A stretch of 64,000 bases of DNA from NCBI GenBank assembly GCA_030390025.1, contig CM059431.1, forward strand, positions 153,576,001-153,640,000. Direction: 5' to 3'. The notes beneath the pieces were generated by a model. The model saw only the letters and a program-made list of their open reading frames with translations, did not search any database and was not told where the DNA came from. How positions within the stretch are numbered: the first letter of the stretch is position 1; each line of letters opens with the position of its first letter. Source of the stretch: Squalus acanthias. Its lineage: Eukaryota. Shown here piece after piece: positions 49,720-61,800 of the stretch. A program made the position numbers and the translations under genes.

Positions 49720-50583
49720 CTAGAACCAGCGCAGCCTGTCCACCTGTGTTCCCCGGGATACGATGGTAAGAAGCGGGTGGAGAAGCTGCAGCGAGATGTT
49801 TGGTGGACACCAGAGCTGCCAGCACGGTGGTCCATTCAGAAGACCTGACCAATTCACCCAGGTCTAACGGGGTCCCATACAGTTTAATGGGATTCACAGG
49901 GAACGAGCAGGCTGGGGCAATGTCCAAACCTTTGGACATTGACTTAGGATCCCTCCATACCACGTGGGAGGGTAACACAAAGGCCGGCAAGTTGACCAAG
50001 CGGGCGACCAGGGAAGGAGAGTTCTGGTATCCCTTTCAAGCAGGTCCGGTAGCTGCAATCCGGGACAAGGGAGGCACACAGGGGGTAGCTTTTCCCCCGG
50101 ACTTAAAGCAGGTCCAAGCCCAGCATCCCGTCTTTAAGTCCGTCCTGGTAAAGAGAGAGAATGGGGAGTCCCTAGAAGGTCCGTTCAGGGCAGAGGACGA
50201 GATTTTTAAACAGGTTCACTGGCAAGCAGCCAGTAACCTGGGGAGCCAGCACGAGAAAGATCGGCTGCTGTTAGAACCCCAGAGAACCCACGGGCGGGAG
50301 ATTGACCAGTGAGGGTTTCACAGGAGAGATAGTACTGGGAGAAGGGAGAGAGATGGGTCCCCCGCCTGCAGCCTCAGGCTGGGAGGAGCCCACAGATATG
50401 AACGAGGGCGCTGCAGCCACACCGCAGGGGGTAGTGTGCTGCAGCACAGGACGCAGCTGGGATGTTAAGATACCCCCACCGGTTTTGAGGAAGGCCTTCT
50501 GGGTCCGGCGGTACAGGCCGCACTACACCCAGGTGTACAAGCCATCCAGAGGCCACATAAGGCAGAGACTAAACAGGATTTAA
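49720..50583 (+). pseudogene. pol: Internally deleted pol (protease N-half, RNase H tail, integrase C-terminal remnant)
   Basis: CLVDTRAASTVV (DTG to DTR); GNTKAGKLTKRA resembles RNase H GNxxADxLAK; DLKQVQAQHP; AASNLGSQH...EIDQ; no YxDD or DDE core. Confidence 0.7.
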
Positions 50584-50781
50584 CCTGGCCGTCCGGAGAC
50601 GGGCGGCAAATGTACAGAATTTTCGGTTTTAAGAAATTGCAGTTTTGGTAGTTATGGGTTATCATTAGTTTAGTTGTTTGTAGAGATTTAAGTTTAAGGG
50701 GTTGATTAATTATCCAGCCAGAGAACCTTTCTGGGACATGGATATATGTTTTGTGTGTGCCCCTACAGAAAGGACTTCGGA

Positions 50782-53127
50782 ATGACAGGGTTTCTGCTCC
50801 TGCTCGCCCTGGTAGGGGGGAGCATCAGTGAACGAGGTGACGTAGAGGACTCCCACATCTATGGGTGCTCAGGAGTGAAAGCACCAATCGTCACCGCAGG
50901 GGGTGACGAGCGGGGAGTGGAGGAGCTCGCCATCTACTTCCACGAGGGAAGGTGGCCAGGGTGGCTGGGGTCCAACTCTACAAAATACTCCAACCAGCCC
51001 GGGTTCACGTACGGAGAGGCCTCCCTCCCATGCTCCAGAATACAGGTCGTTGCCACAAGGGTCAGTGTCACCGAGGGGAAGCGTGTGTGCCTTACCTGTA
51101 AGGGACGAATTCCCCTGAATAGGTGGTGGTGGCTCAGGAAGCTGAGCAGGGACGCAGGGGACCATACAGCCGACTGTGAAAGATTAGGGAACGACACCCA
51201 CCGGACAATCACAGGGACCCAAGGAGGAGTGAGTGTTTGTTGGGATAAGTGGTGGGAGTCGGAATAGGGAGTCTATGTTTGTATGTGGGGATCAGAGGAA
51301 GCCTGCCCCACAGGGGTATCCATCATCTTCTCCAGCCAATGGCAAGATGCCGGGGAGGGGATAGGGTGGGATTCTAGCCTGCATCGGTGCGTGGTCCCAC
51401 ACATTCCGGTCCCAGTTAATGCCACTGAACTCGTGGCACACACCCGAAAGCTCCGACACACGACCCAGGTACCGAAAACCCTGGTAGAAAAGTGCCCTAC
51501 CACCACCAAGGGACCAGGGTTTGGGTTAGTCCTAGTACCAAACGAAAAGGTACTATACCATGGGGTACACTATGCAGTAGCTTCAGTAATATTGAACCTT
51601 AACGAGGTATACTTACCTGAGTGGTGTCCGAAGGAGACGGAGCAGCTGTACCAGGACCTGCTAAAGGAAATGTTTAGGACATTTTACGAATTTGATTTTG
51701 CCAATATAGACACAGTAGAGCTATACAGAATACACCCTGAAAACCCTATGGGCAGGGGTAGCCAAAGAAGGGGAGCCTGGAATGATGTTTTCACTGCCTA
51801 TAGTACAGGGTCCTCTGTAATAAATAGCCTGGATGACATGGAATTACAGACACAGATAAATGGTTTAAAAACCCAGTTAAGAAAGATCCTAAAGGATGGG
51901 AACACAGTGGTAGGCTCAGAGCTACATGAGGACCAAGCTATGACGGTTCATTTAAAGGAAATTATTGCAGAATTGGAAAGGCATGCCAAAACAGTAAATG
52001 CACTCATACGGGAGGATAGGAATGCATCGGATCAGGCTGCACTGAATGAGGTGTGTGTGCTGTACTGGGTATGGTTGCTGGGCGAGGGCCGTAGCAACCT
52101 GGAGGATTTAAAGCAAGGTTCAGTCCCCTCCTGGATCAGCAACAAGCACCTTGCAGCCCTCCACCCGTTTAGTAATTCGCTGAGCCTATGCCAATTTCGT
52201 CTAGCCTTTGAAGTCTAGCCTGTCCCAATAGATTGTGGGTGTTCCAATCACACTATCATGGGGATAGTAGTGAGAATGCCGGTCATGAGTGGGACAGCCC
52301 GACCCTTACCGGTATACAGGGTGGAGAACATTGGAGTAATTCAAGGGGTTGCACACATCCGTTTTACAGCGGTCCCACTTAAAGTCGGAGCACGCCATGA
52401 CAGGTACTGACCTCTCCGGGTGCCGGAGCCGGGGTTCACACATAATACTGTGTCCCCAGCACTTGAACGCCTATTCTAAACCACAGTGCGGGTTTAAAGC
52501 TGCTGGCGCACGACCTATAAACTGTACCATGGAGGTGATGGCACATGGCCATGTTTCCCCACAGGTAGCATATATAGGGGGTGGGACATATTGTGTCACC
52601 ACAGGTGCGTTCCACTACCAGCATGGACACTTCTGGTGTCCGGTAAGTGACAGCAGTTTCTGCTTTAAACCCGAGGCAGAAGTTCAAGTGGCCCAGGAAC
52701 GGATTGTCCCCATTCCTGAACCCTCCACTGTTCACCTCACTGTAACAGAAAACATCACCAACCTGAAAAAGTATGTGACTTACTTTGGATATAAAATTCC
52801 CCCTCTACCCGAACATCTTACCATCCTACTTAAAGCTGTAGTGATTTCACAAAAACATTTCTACACCCTGGAACAGAAAACAGTTGAAATAGAGGCAGTG
52901 ATTTTGGATATAGTAGTTCCATCCTGGTGGGATATTTTCGAGAATATAGAGGTGCCTTCTGGATCAGGATGGCTTCCCATCTTTTGGTGGTCTGCCAGCT
53001 CGGGATAGTTCTCTGCCTGCTGTGTACAAAGTGCAGGGGAAGGGACGGGGAGCTCCGTTCCAGACACAGAGGGACTTGGGAAGTGCATCAAAATAAAGGC
53101 TATGGCCGGGGATGGAACGAACCTTGA
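50782..53127 (+). pseudogene. env: Envelope glycoprotein: signal peptide, Ig-like domain, F-type class I fusion protein, TM
   Basis: MTGFLLLLALVGGSIS; TAG at 51265 and 52216 in one frame; frameshifts ~52380 and ~52955; SQRR/GAWNDVF cleavage and fusion peptide; heptads; Cys-rich region; TM ASHLLVVCQLGIVLCLL; acceptor CCCCTACAG ending 50768. Confidence 0.8.
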
Positions 53128-53396
53128 ATTTCGTCTTTTAATTCAAAAAATTGTATGTGTGTTGTGTCGTTTTTATGATGTGTATGATGTGTTTTCCAAG
53201 CTGTGCCGGGGTGTCGGATCCTCTCCGTGCTTGGATGTGAAATAAATTTGATTTTTACCTGTATGTACCTGAAACACCACTTTTAAAAGGGGAATGTATG
53301 TTTGGGTTTTTAGTTTAGGTAATACAGGGGAAGGTTGGTGTTCGGGGATCAGAAATTTTGCTCACCTGTTAATGATACTAATTCAGTTTTAGTATC

Positions 53397-53407
53397 AAAG
53401 TGGGGGA
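53397..53407 (+). promoter_or_regulatory. Polypurine tract
   Basis: AAAGTGGGGGA immediately before the LTR TG. Confidence 0.8.
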
Positions 53408-54545
53408 TGTAGGCTTCGCAAAATTCCCCAGAAACTCGAACAGAACCCTAAGTGAAGTGATTTGAGGTCAAACCCTCAGTTTCGGACATTTTTAAAGATC
53501 ACAAGAAGAAAACCCTGAGGAAAATGACTTTTCGAATCTTACTGTTGGGAAAGACACCTTCACAGAAACACAGGCTGCAGGGGAGTAGCCAGGCAGTGTA
53601 TTAAGCTGTCTAGCAGTGTGTTTACACTGCCTTCCTATCAAGGAGGAAAAGACAAAACCCAAAAGCCTCACAACACATCGAATATGAATAATCCAAGACC
53701 TCTTTTGAAATCAATAATACATTTAGTACTTCATCAAAAACCAATCAACCAGGTATCCACAGGACAGATTTAAAAGCCCGCCAATAGACCTAGGACAATA
53801 GGGTTGAGATTTGGCACGTAGATAAGGCTTTGTTAAATCGGAAAACGATCAGGACATGTTTAACACTGAGTTAAAGCCATCACAACTGGCAAGACCGCCA
53901 AAACTAGACAATGGACTAAACAAGACTCAATTGCAACCTAAAGGAAATCGTTTTAGTAAGGGGTTTTGGGCGCGAAAAATACAATATAATTGAAGCCTGT
54001 CTCAAGACTCTTTCTCTTTTGGACTCGCTGACAACGCTGGCACAGATCTCTCCCTGCTCCAGCAAAACAAGCCACGAGGAGTAAGGTCAACAAACAGACC
54101 ATCACACAAGAAGAAACAAGAGCGACTGCCTCAGTGACCATCGGACACCTCGCAGCAACAAGGGCGTTACGAAATCTTTTAATCAAAAGACTCTAAAATC
54201 CTGTCAAGGATTCTTTGGTGAGCATTATCCCTGATCTCCTGAAACCAAAAACCTAGCTAGATAGTGGGATCTTTGGGAGGGATAAGGTTTTTGTTTGTTA
54301 TATTGTCATTCTCCCTAGCCTGTACCTTGTGCTCCCCAATCTGTGTTTAAGTATTAAGTGTGTTTTAAGTTTGTTACCTTTTTTTCTTTTAATAAAGTCG
54401 AAATTCTTTCATAAGGACCTGTTGTCTACTGCATTTTTGTTCACAGCGCCTAAATAATCAAAGTCTAGGAAACAGGGGCGTGGGAGCGAGTCGAACCGCT
54501 CACTGAGTCAGAAGCCGAGGGCTGACCCCATTACAACCCCCTACA
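53408..54545 (+). repeat. 3' LTR (1138 bp)
   Basis: TGTAGG...CCTACA inverted termini, AATAAA at ~54391, homologous to the solo LTRs. Confidence 0.92.
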
Positions 54546-54860
54546 TAGTCTGCACTCTGTGTGACTCTGCAGTCTGTGTGACTTCAGGCTGCCGTCTGTG
54601 AATCTCTGTCTGCAGTCTTTCTTACTCTGTCTGCAGTCTGTGTGACTCTAACTGCCGCCTGTGTGACGTCATTCTGCAGTCTGTGTGGCATCAATCTGCT
54701 GTCTGTGCGACTCTGTCTGCAGTCTGTATGACGTCAGTCTGGGTGACGTCAGTCCGCTGTCTGTGTGAGGTCAGTCTGCAGTCATTGTTGACGTCAGTCT
54801 CTGTGACGTCAGTCTGCTGTCTGTGTGACGTCAGGCTGTGTGTGTGTCATTGAGCTTCAG
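54546..54860 (-). repeat. ~22-bp minisatellite, inverted copy
   Basis: TGTGTGACGTCAGTCTGCAGTC units. Confidence 0.85.
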
Positions 54861-55959
54861 TCAGCGTTAGTCTCTCTCCCTCTGTGTTTGAGGAACGTGT
54901 GTCTGCTGGATGTCTGCTGCGGTTGGCCATGTATCTCTGACGTGCTTTCGGCGATGTTAAGACGGATATGGGAATTGAGGGAACGCAGCAAAGGTTTATT
55001 TAGAAATAGAGGAGATGAGAATATCAGGGACACAGAGCAATTTTTAAATTAGAAATAGGGGAACTCAAGGTAACCCAACAACTATTTAATTAGAAACAGG
55101 AGGAAGAAACACAACCATATGGGATTGAATTTGACACGGTAATGCAATGGTTAACTTGTGTATGCCTTTGCGTTGTATTTTACCTGTTTATATTGGATGA
55201 TGTCATTGATTACAAGGCGCCTTCTCACGATTGTAGCTGGGTGCAGATACATCGCTGACTGACGGAATTAAAATCCCAACCTGCTGCCCGACTCTTGGCA
55301 TAAATAATGTTCGTCGTCTAAAACTACTTAAATGAGAATCAACCTACTTCTCAGACGAATCAGCAACTCATCACCACTTCCCCCAGAAGATGGATGCGAG
55401 CCGGATTGGCCGAGCCGGGGCTCCGGGGACGTGAAACCAAGTGGAGTTTGTTTTTTTGAGAACGTCAGCATAAAGTGGAACGTGAACGAGTGACAGGGAA
55501 AGGTCACTAAATCACGAATAATATATGAACCCCACGGACTATTAAACTACTCAGGCTGTTGTTAGAGTAAAGTTTTCAATAATGTTGTTGAAAATTGACG
55601 TGATGTGTCACAGATTTATTGAGCACACGGTATATGCAATAGTACTTAAACATATGGTTAAAAGGTGCAAATTGCAGTCGCACCTGATTATGGTTGCATG
55701 GCGATTGAAACGTCTTACTGTTCTCAGCTCAGTATCTTAAGCTTTTAACAATCAGAATACTCAGTACAAACAGCCAATTTGATTATAATTGTCTCACTCC
55801 CTCTCTGTGACCATCCACACAATGTTGCATCATCTAAATATATGATAGTTAAAATGTAACTCCATATATGGAGACTTTCATCGACTTATCCTTGATCAAT
55901 AAGGGTAGTTTTCCTTCCATAACGATCTCTTTGTCTGTTGGGCTCAGAAGCGAATTTCC

Positions 55960-56978
55960 CTCTTTCCACTCCCGCATCATTACCTCTGAGGACCACCAAG
56001 ATCAATCCTTTACCCCCTCCTATTTCTCCACTATATGCTGCCCCTTGGCGACACCATCCGAAAACACTGCGTCAGTTTCCACATGTACGCTGACGACACC
56101 CAGCTCTACCTCATCACCACTGCTCTCGAGCCCTCCATCCGTCTTTAAATTGTCAAACTGTTTGTCCGACATCAATTACTGGATGAGCAGAAATTTTCTC
56201 CAATTAAATATTGGGAAGACCGAAGCCATTATTTTCAGTCCCCTCCACAAACTCCGTTCCATAGTAACCGACTCCATCCCTCTCCGTAGCATATGTCTGA
56301 GGCTGGAGACTGTTCGCAAACTTAGTGCTATATTTGACCCTGAATGAGCTTGCAACCACATATCAGCGGCATAAAACCGCCTACTTCCATCTCCATAACA
56401 TTGCCCATCTCCGCTTCTGCCTCAGCTCGCTGCTGAAACCCTCATCCTCGGCTTAGTTACCTCTAGGCTTGACTATTGAAACGCACTCCTGCTGGCCTCC
56501 CACATTCTACCTTATGTAAACGTGAGGTCATCCAAAACATTGCTGCACGTGTCCTAACTCGCACCAAGTCCCGTTCACCCATCACCCCTGTGCTCGCTGA
56601 CCTATATTGGCTCCCGGTTAATCAAAGCCTTATTTCAAAATATTCATTCTTGTTTTCAAATCCCGCCGTGGCCTCGGCCCTCCCTATCTCTGTAATATCC
56701 TTCAGCCCACAACCCCCCAACATATCTGTCCTCCTCTAATTCTACCCGCTTCAGAATCCCTGATTATTATCTGTCTGTCCCTTCAGCTGCCCAGGCCCTA
56801 TGCTCTGGTTCTCGCTCCCTGAACCTCTCCGCATCTTTACCTCTCTTTCTTCCTTTATGATGCTCCTTGAGTCCTACCACTTGGACCAAGCTTAGGGTCA
56901 TCTGCCCTAAATTTTTCTTATGTGGCTCGGTGTCAAATGTTGGTCTGTGAAGCAGTTTGGGACCTTTTACTACAATAA
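55960..56978 (+). mobile_element. L2 LINE 3' fragment including the 3' end
   Basis: [37 protein letters not shown]...ITPVLADLYWLPV; TGTGAAGCA...GGGAC 3' end. Confidence 0.88.
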
Positions 56979-56980
56979 AT

Positions 56981-57824
56981 GGGGAGAAATTCGGTATCGC
57001 CTCTATTGGGGCGCAATTATCCGCCGGGTTCAAAGTTTAGCGCCTGGCGTTAATTATCGCCTCCAACTGCAGACATTGCTTCTATCGTTCCTGGAGTTGA
57101 TTGGACAGCTGAATCAAGCGCTACACACATCTCTTAAGGCGCTAACGCTGGGGAGCAAGGCACCACCTCAGAGCGCTGGCGAAGCTCATGTGATGTCAGT
57201 CAGCAATGGAAGACAGACACACTGGCGCCGGGCAGTTCGTAAAGGGCAAAGTTGATCTTGCTCTCCATCCACACCCTGCTCATTGCAGCCTTGAATGTCG
57301 CCCTGAAGAGACCTGTACATCAAATCTGCTGGAAAGAACAATGAGGATACACAGGGAAAGAGCTCTTAGTGCAGTCCACATAGTCTCTTCCAAATCGATG
57401 CAAGTTAGGTCAAATCAAAATCAGCCTGCAAACTGCTGCTCAGGACCCAAAACTCGTTCACACAGCGTTGAACTCTCCAGAAGTCTCTCCCTCTCTCTCA
57501 GAATGCGTGGTGCAAAAATGTCGCAGATAAAAAAAAGGAAGGAAGCGATCGCCTGTAAATAGCGCTCCCCAGTCCCTTCCAGACTGCACAACACTCCCCT
57601 CAACAAGTCGTTTCTAGCGGCAGGCGGTAAGGCAGGGGGCACCATTCAATCTCCGGTCCGGGGCACTACCGGGGCCTTGCACGATCGACTGACGTCACGA
57701 TCTGTGGGCGCAGGAGATCGTGGTGGTAGTGTTTAGCGCCGCAAAATGTCTGGTCAATTTCGCGAGCGGCGCAAATAAAGTGGCGCGCCCGGGCACTAGT
57801 TGTTTCGCACCCCATTTTGCGCCC
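56981..57824. mobile_element. GC-rich, probably truncated MITE-like element after AAT
   Basis: Begins AAT|GGGGAGAAATTCGG; CpG-rich GGCGC/GCGCC-repeated ends; absent from the left arm; right terminus not seen. Confidence 0.45.
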
Positions 57825-58809
57825 TCGACTTATCGTTGATCAATAAGGATAGTTTTCCTTACTAAACAATCACTTTTTCTGTTGGGCTTACAAGCGTAAT
57901 TCCATTCGAGTCATCATCTTATCAATAGTTTCACTCTTGATCCACAGCATTTCAATTCTACCAAGTGAAACCATTAATTATAAATCTACTTTTATTTCTG
58001 GATCATTTGTACCAATTAAAATGATGATGCATGCCCCGATGTTTCCGTTCTGGAACTAACTATCTTCCCATATTGTAGCAAATGATTAAAGTTCTCCAAA
58101 ATGTATGAATCAGTTTGCAATGACATGTGTTATATAAATCTTTTATTGCTTCCTCCTGAGACTGACCATTGCTGCAGGAACTGCCCTGGCACATCAGTCC
58201 ACTGTTACTTTAAGTAGACTTGTACATCCCTGCTTAACAGGCAAAGGCTAAATATTATACATTAACGCTATAGAAAGATAAACCAATATAGTATAACATT
58301 AGCAAACTTTAGGACAGTCTGATTAACTCTTTCCCTACAATAACTGTTGGCGTTCGATTGCTTAAGGCCAACACTAAAACTATATCTCATCAGCATCATA
58401 GATCTATCTCGATCTATTCTCTTCTGCAGATCTCTACCCATTTGCTTTACACATTACTTTATCAACAGCGACAATAACCATTTCCTGTAGTGCTGACTTC
58501 AGCGTGACTGACCATGTCTTAGACCCATTCTTCAGGGCATCTTCATCATGCACATCGCATGCTGGTATCGCATTCACGAGCAACACTTTATTTCAGCACA
58601 CACTGCGATAACCCAAGATCAGGCAGCTGGAGGCATCCGATACAAGCCATTCCTACCATTTCTGGCTATCTACACAAAGCTGGGAGAGGGGGTAGGGGTT
58701 CTGTCGATGTTTGATTAGAATCTCCCCCTGCATGGTTCCGATGTTTCTTGTAGTGGCCAAGCTATCAAGTACATTCCTGTAATTGCTCAGTACCAGAAAG
58801 GACAGAAAC

Positions 58810-61800
58810 ATGAAAGCGGACCAGAGCAAGATGAGGGGCGGCGGCATAAAAGCAGCGGGAGAAAAGATCCTCGGGCGGAGCAGACCTGAGCAGCAGCGGC
58901 ATATTTTTTCGGGAAATTCAAAAACAACAACAAATTATCAAGGAGTGACGTCACAGGACAGCAGGTAGGTAATTGTTTGGTGAGTATTACAGCTTATGTT
59001 GCTCTCGAAGCTAGCGAAGTGGGTTCAACCTATAAATTAAACTAGATGTAGTAAGTAGTTAAAAAATAAACCATGAGCTCAGTTAATTGAATGCATTAGC
59101 ATTAATTAATTGAATAACTAAAACGTGGTTGTATGGTGATGGCTGTGCAGGTTGTGTGCCGCAACAGCATCAAGTGGAATGTTTGTGGCGAGCATCGCGA
59201 TCCCTGACGACCACGTCTGCAGTTAATGCCTGCACCTCGAGGAACTTCAGCTCGGAGTTGTTCAACAGGAGACCGAGGTGCAAACATTGCGAGGCATCAG
59301 GGCGCGCGTGAGTTATCTGGACACTTCGATCCAGGAGACAGTCACACCCCTTAGGTTAGGTAGTGGAATAGGCCTGGATAGTGGTCAGGGACAGGAGGGT
59401 GTGGCTGCGACTCAGGCACGTAAGGGGACCCCAGGTGCAGTGCTGGAGGAGCCTCGGCTTAGTATGTATTCAGCAGGTATGAGGTTCTTGCTGCCTGTGT
59501 GGATAGGGTGATAGATACTGTTCTCTGCAGCCACGACCTGGTGTTCTGAAGGCTCTGTTGCTTTTCAGGTTTAAGGATATATCCCCACAGCTGGTGAAAC
59601 ATTTGTAGTGGAAGGGGAAGGATCCAGTGGTCATGGTCCACGAGGGACCAATGACATACGTCGAGCTAGGAATGAGGTTCTGCTGAGAGAGTTTGAGTAG
59701 TGAGCGTACAAATTAAAACGCAGGACCTCAAAATAATAATTTCTGGATTGTAACCTCAGCCACGTGCAAATTACCGTAGGGATAAGCAGAACTGAGAGTT
59801 AAATGTTTTGCTGAAAGAATGGTTTGGGAGGAAGAGATTTCGATTCATGGGCACTGGCACCAGTTCTGGAAAAAGAGTGAGCTGTTCCATTAGGAGAGGC
59901 TCCACTTAAACAGGGCTGGGACCCGTATCCTGGTGAATCGAATAAAACGGACTGTTGTTGGGGATTTAAACTAAAAGTCAAGGCAATGGAGCAGTGTATC
60001 GATTTGGGTAAAGATAAGCAGAGTGTGACAGGAAAGGACAGAGAGCTTAACGGTAATAGTGCATCAGCGAATGAGGAGAAAGCAGGGAATAATGGTAAAA
60101 AGTAAAAATTAAAGGCTGTTTATCTGAATGCACGAAGCATTCGTAAAAAGAGATCAACAAGAAATGAAACCAGACTAAACATTAACGAAACAGGAACGGA
60201 GAGCATAGGAAGGAATAAACTAAGGAAAGACATAGACTCTAGGTATTAAACAGAGCTATTGAATTAGACAGTAAAAATATGGTTAAAAATAAAGTGACAA
60301 GAACTGCTATTAAGCATGAGTTAAACTCTCTGTACAGCAATGTGCACTATGTCCGTAATAATACAGGGGAACTGGAGGCACTAATATGTTGCGAGGAACC
60401 AGATATTGTAGGGAATACTAAGACATGGCTGCAGAAAAATCAGGACTGGGAATTAAACATTGCAGGGTATAACATATTTGGAAAAGATAGAGAGGGGAAA
60501 GGGACATGGAGTAGTTGTGCTTATTATAGCTAACATAATGGCAGTAGAAAAAATGACGCAGCTATCAGTAAGACAGAAACGGAATCGAAGTGCATAGAGA
60601 TAAAAGATAATGGCCCAAAAATTTGTGTTGATACGCGAGAGTACGCACTGTGTACTCTCGCGTATTCTGTCTCCAATTGCCGGTTTTCTGCATGCACTGC
60701 GCATGCGCTGAAAACCGGCACTTGGTGAATGGAAAAGGGGGCGGTTCCTAGGTGAACCGCGTGCGCGCTGCAGACTGCGCGCATGCAGGGCACTTAGTGG
60801 TTTCAACCCTCAGGTAAGTATGGAAGATTTTACACATAAAAAAAGGAGGAGTAAGACCCACTTTTAACAAGGTAAGTAGTGAATTAAGTATTATTTTGAA
60901 TTTTATTTAACAGGTATATCTTTTTTAGAGACTGTAAAGACAGGTAAGTTTATTTTTATAACTTTTTAAAAGATTTTAAATGTTTTCAAAAATTTTATTT
61001 TTTAATTAAAATGCTTAATTTATTTAACTATACTTATTTTATTAATGTGATGTTTTTTTATTAATGTAATTGAGGTTTAGCTGTTCTTTTGGGGGGCTAT
61101 AGTATTCATAGCTTTCACAGCACTTATGTGAAAGTTATGGATGGAAGATGGTGTGCTGCCATTGGCTCTAACTGAGTCACGTGATCCCACAGCTCGCACG
61201 AATTAACTGCGCCTGTGGGATACGCAAGCCCAGCACAGCAGCTGTCCAGAACATCAAGTTCGTGCGAGCTGGAACTGAAAAAGCCAACGCGCAGTGAGAG
61301 ATCGCGGGGAAGCCTTACCCTCGCACGAAGGCTTCCCCACGAATTTTTGGACCAATAAAGGATCAGTCACACTCCTAGAGATAGTCTTTTGACCACTAAT
61401 GGTGGAGATGAAGGAAGAAATATGGAAACAAATTAGAGAAATAAGTTAAAAAAAAGAATAAAAATCATGGGGTGTTTAAAATGCCCCGAAATTAATTGGG
61501 CAGAAGAGGTAGGTAAAGGGGATAAGGGAATAAATTTCCTACGATGTGCAAAGGATTCCTTTCGAACCCAATAGGTAAGAAGCCGAAAAGGGAGAATTAG
61601 CTAATGGATCGAGTAATGGGGAATGAAACAGAGCACATCAGAGAAGTAAAAGTGCTGCAGCATCGAGGTAACAGTGACCAAAATATAATACGCTTTCAGT
61701 TAATAATTGATAAGGAAATAAATATGACGACGAACAGGGCCATATATTGGAGAAAATGCGATTTTGATGGGCTGAGAATAGAACTTGGGAAAATAAAATG

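Larger units (their letters stand above)
47867..54545 (+). mobile_element. Non-autonomous env-bearing LTR retroelement/provirus (lokiretrovirus-like)
   Basis: 5' LTR remnant, PBS, gag, deleted pol, env, PPT and complete 3' LTR in canonical order. Confidence 0.9.

Noticed and set aside
50302..50583. Separate accessory ORF between pol and env
   Set aside because: No ATG start; more simply a frameshifted pol C-terminal remnant, though not excluded without intact copies
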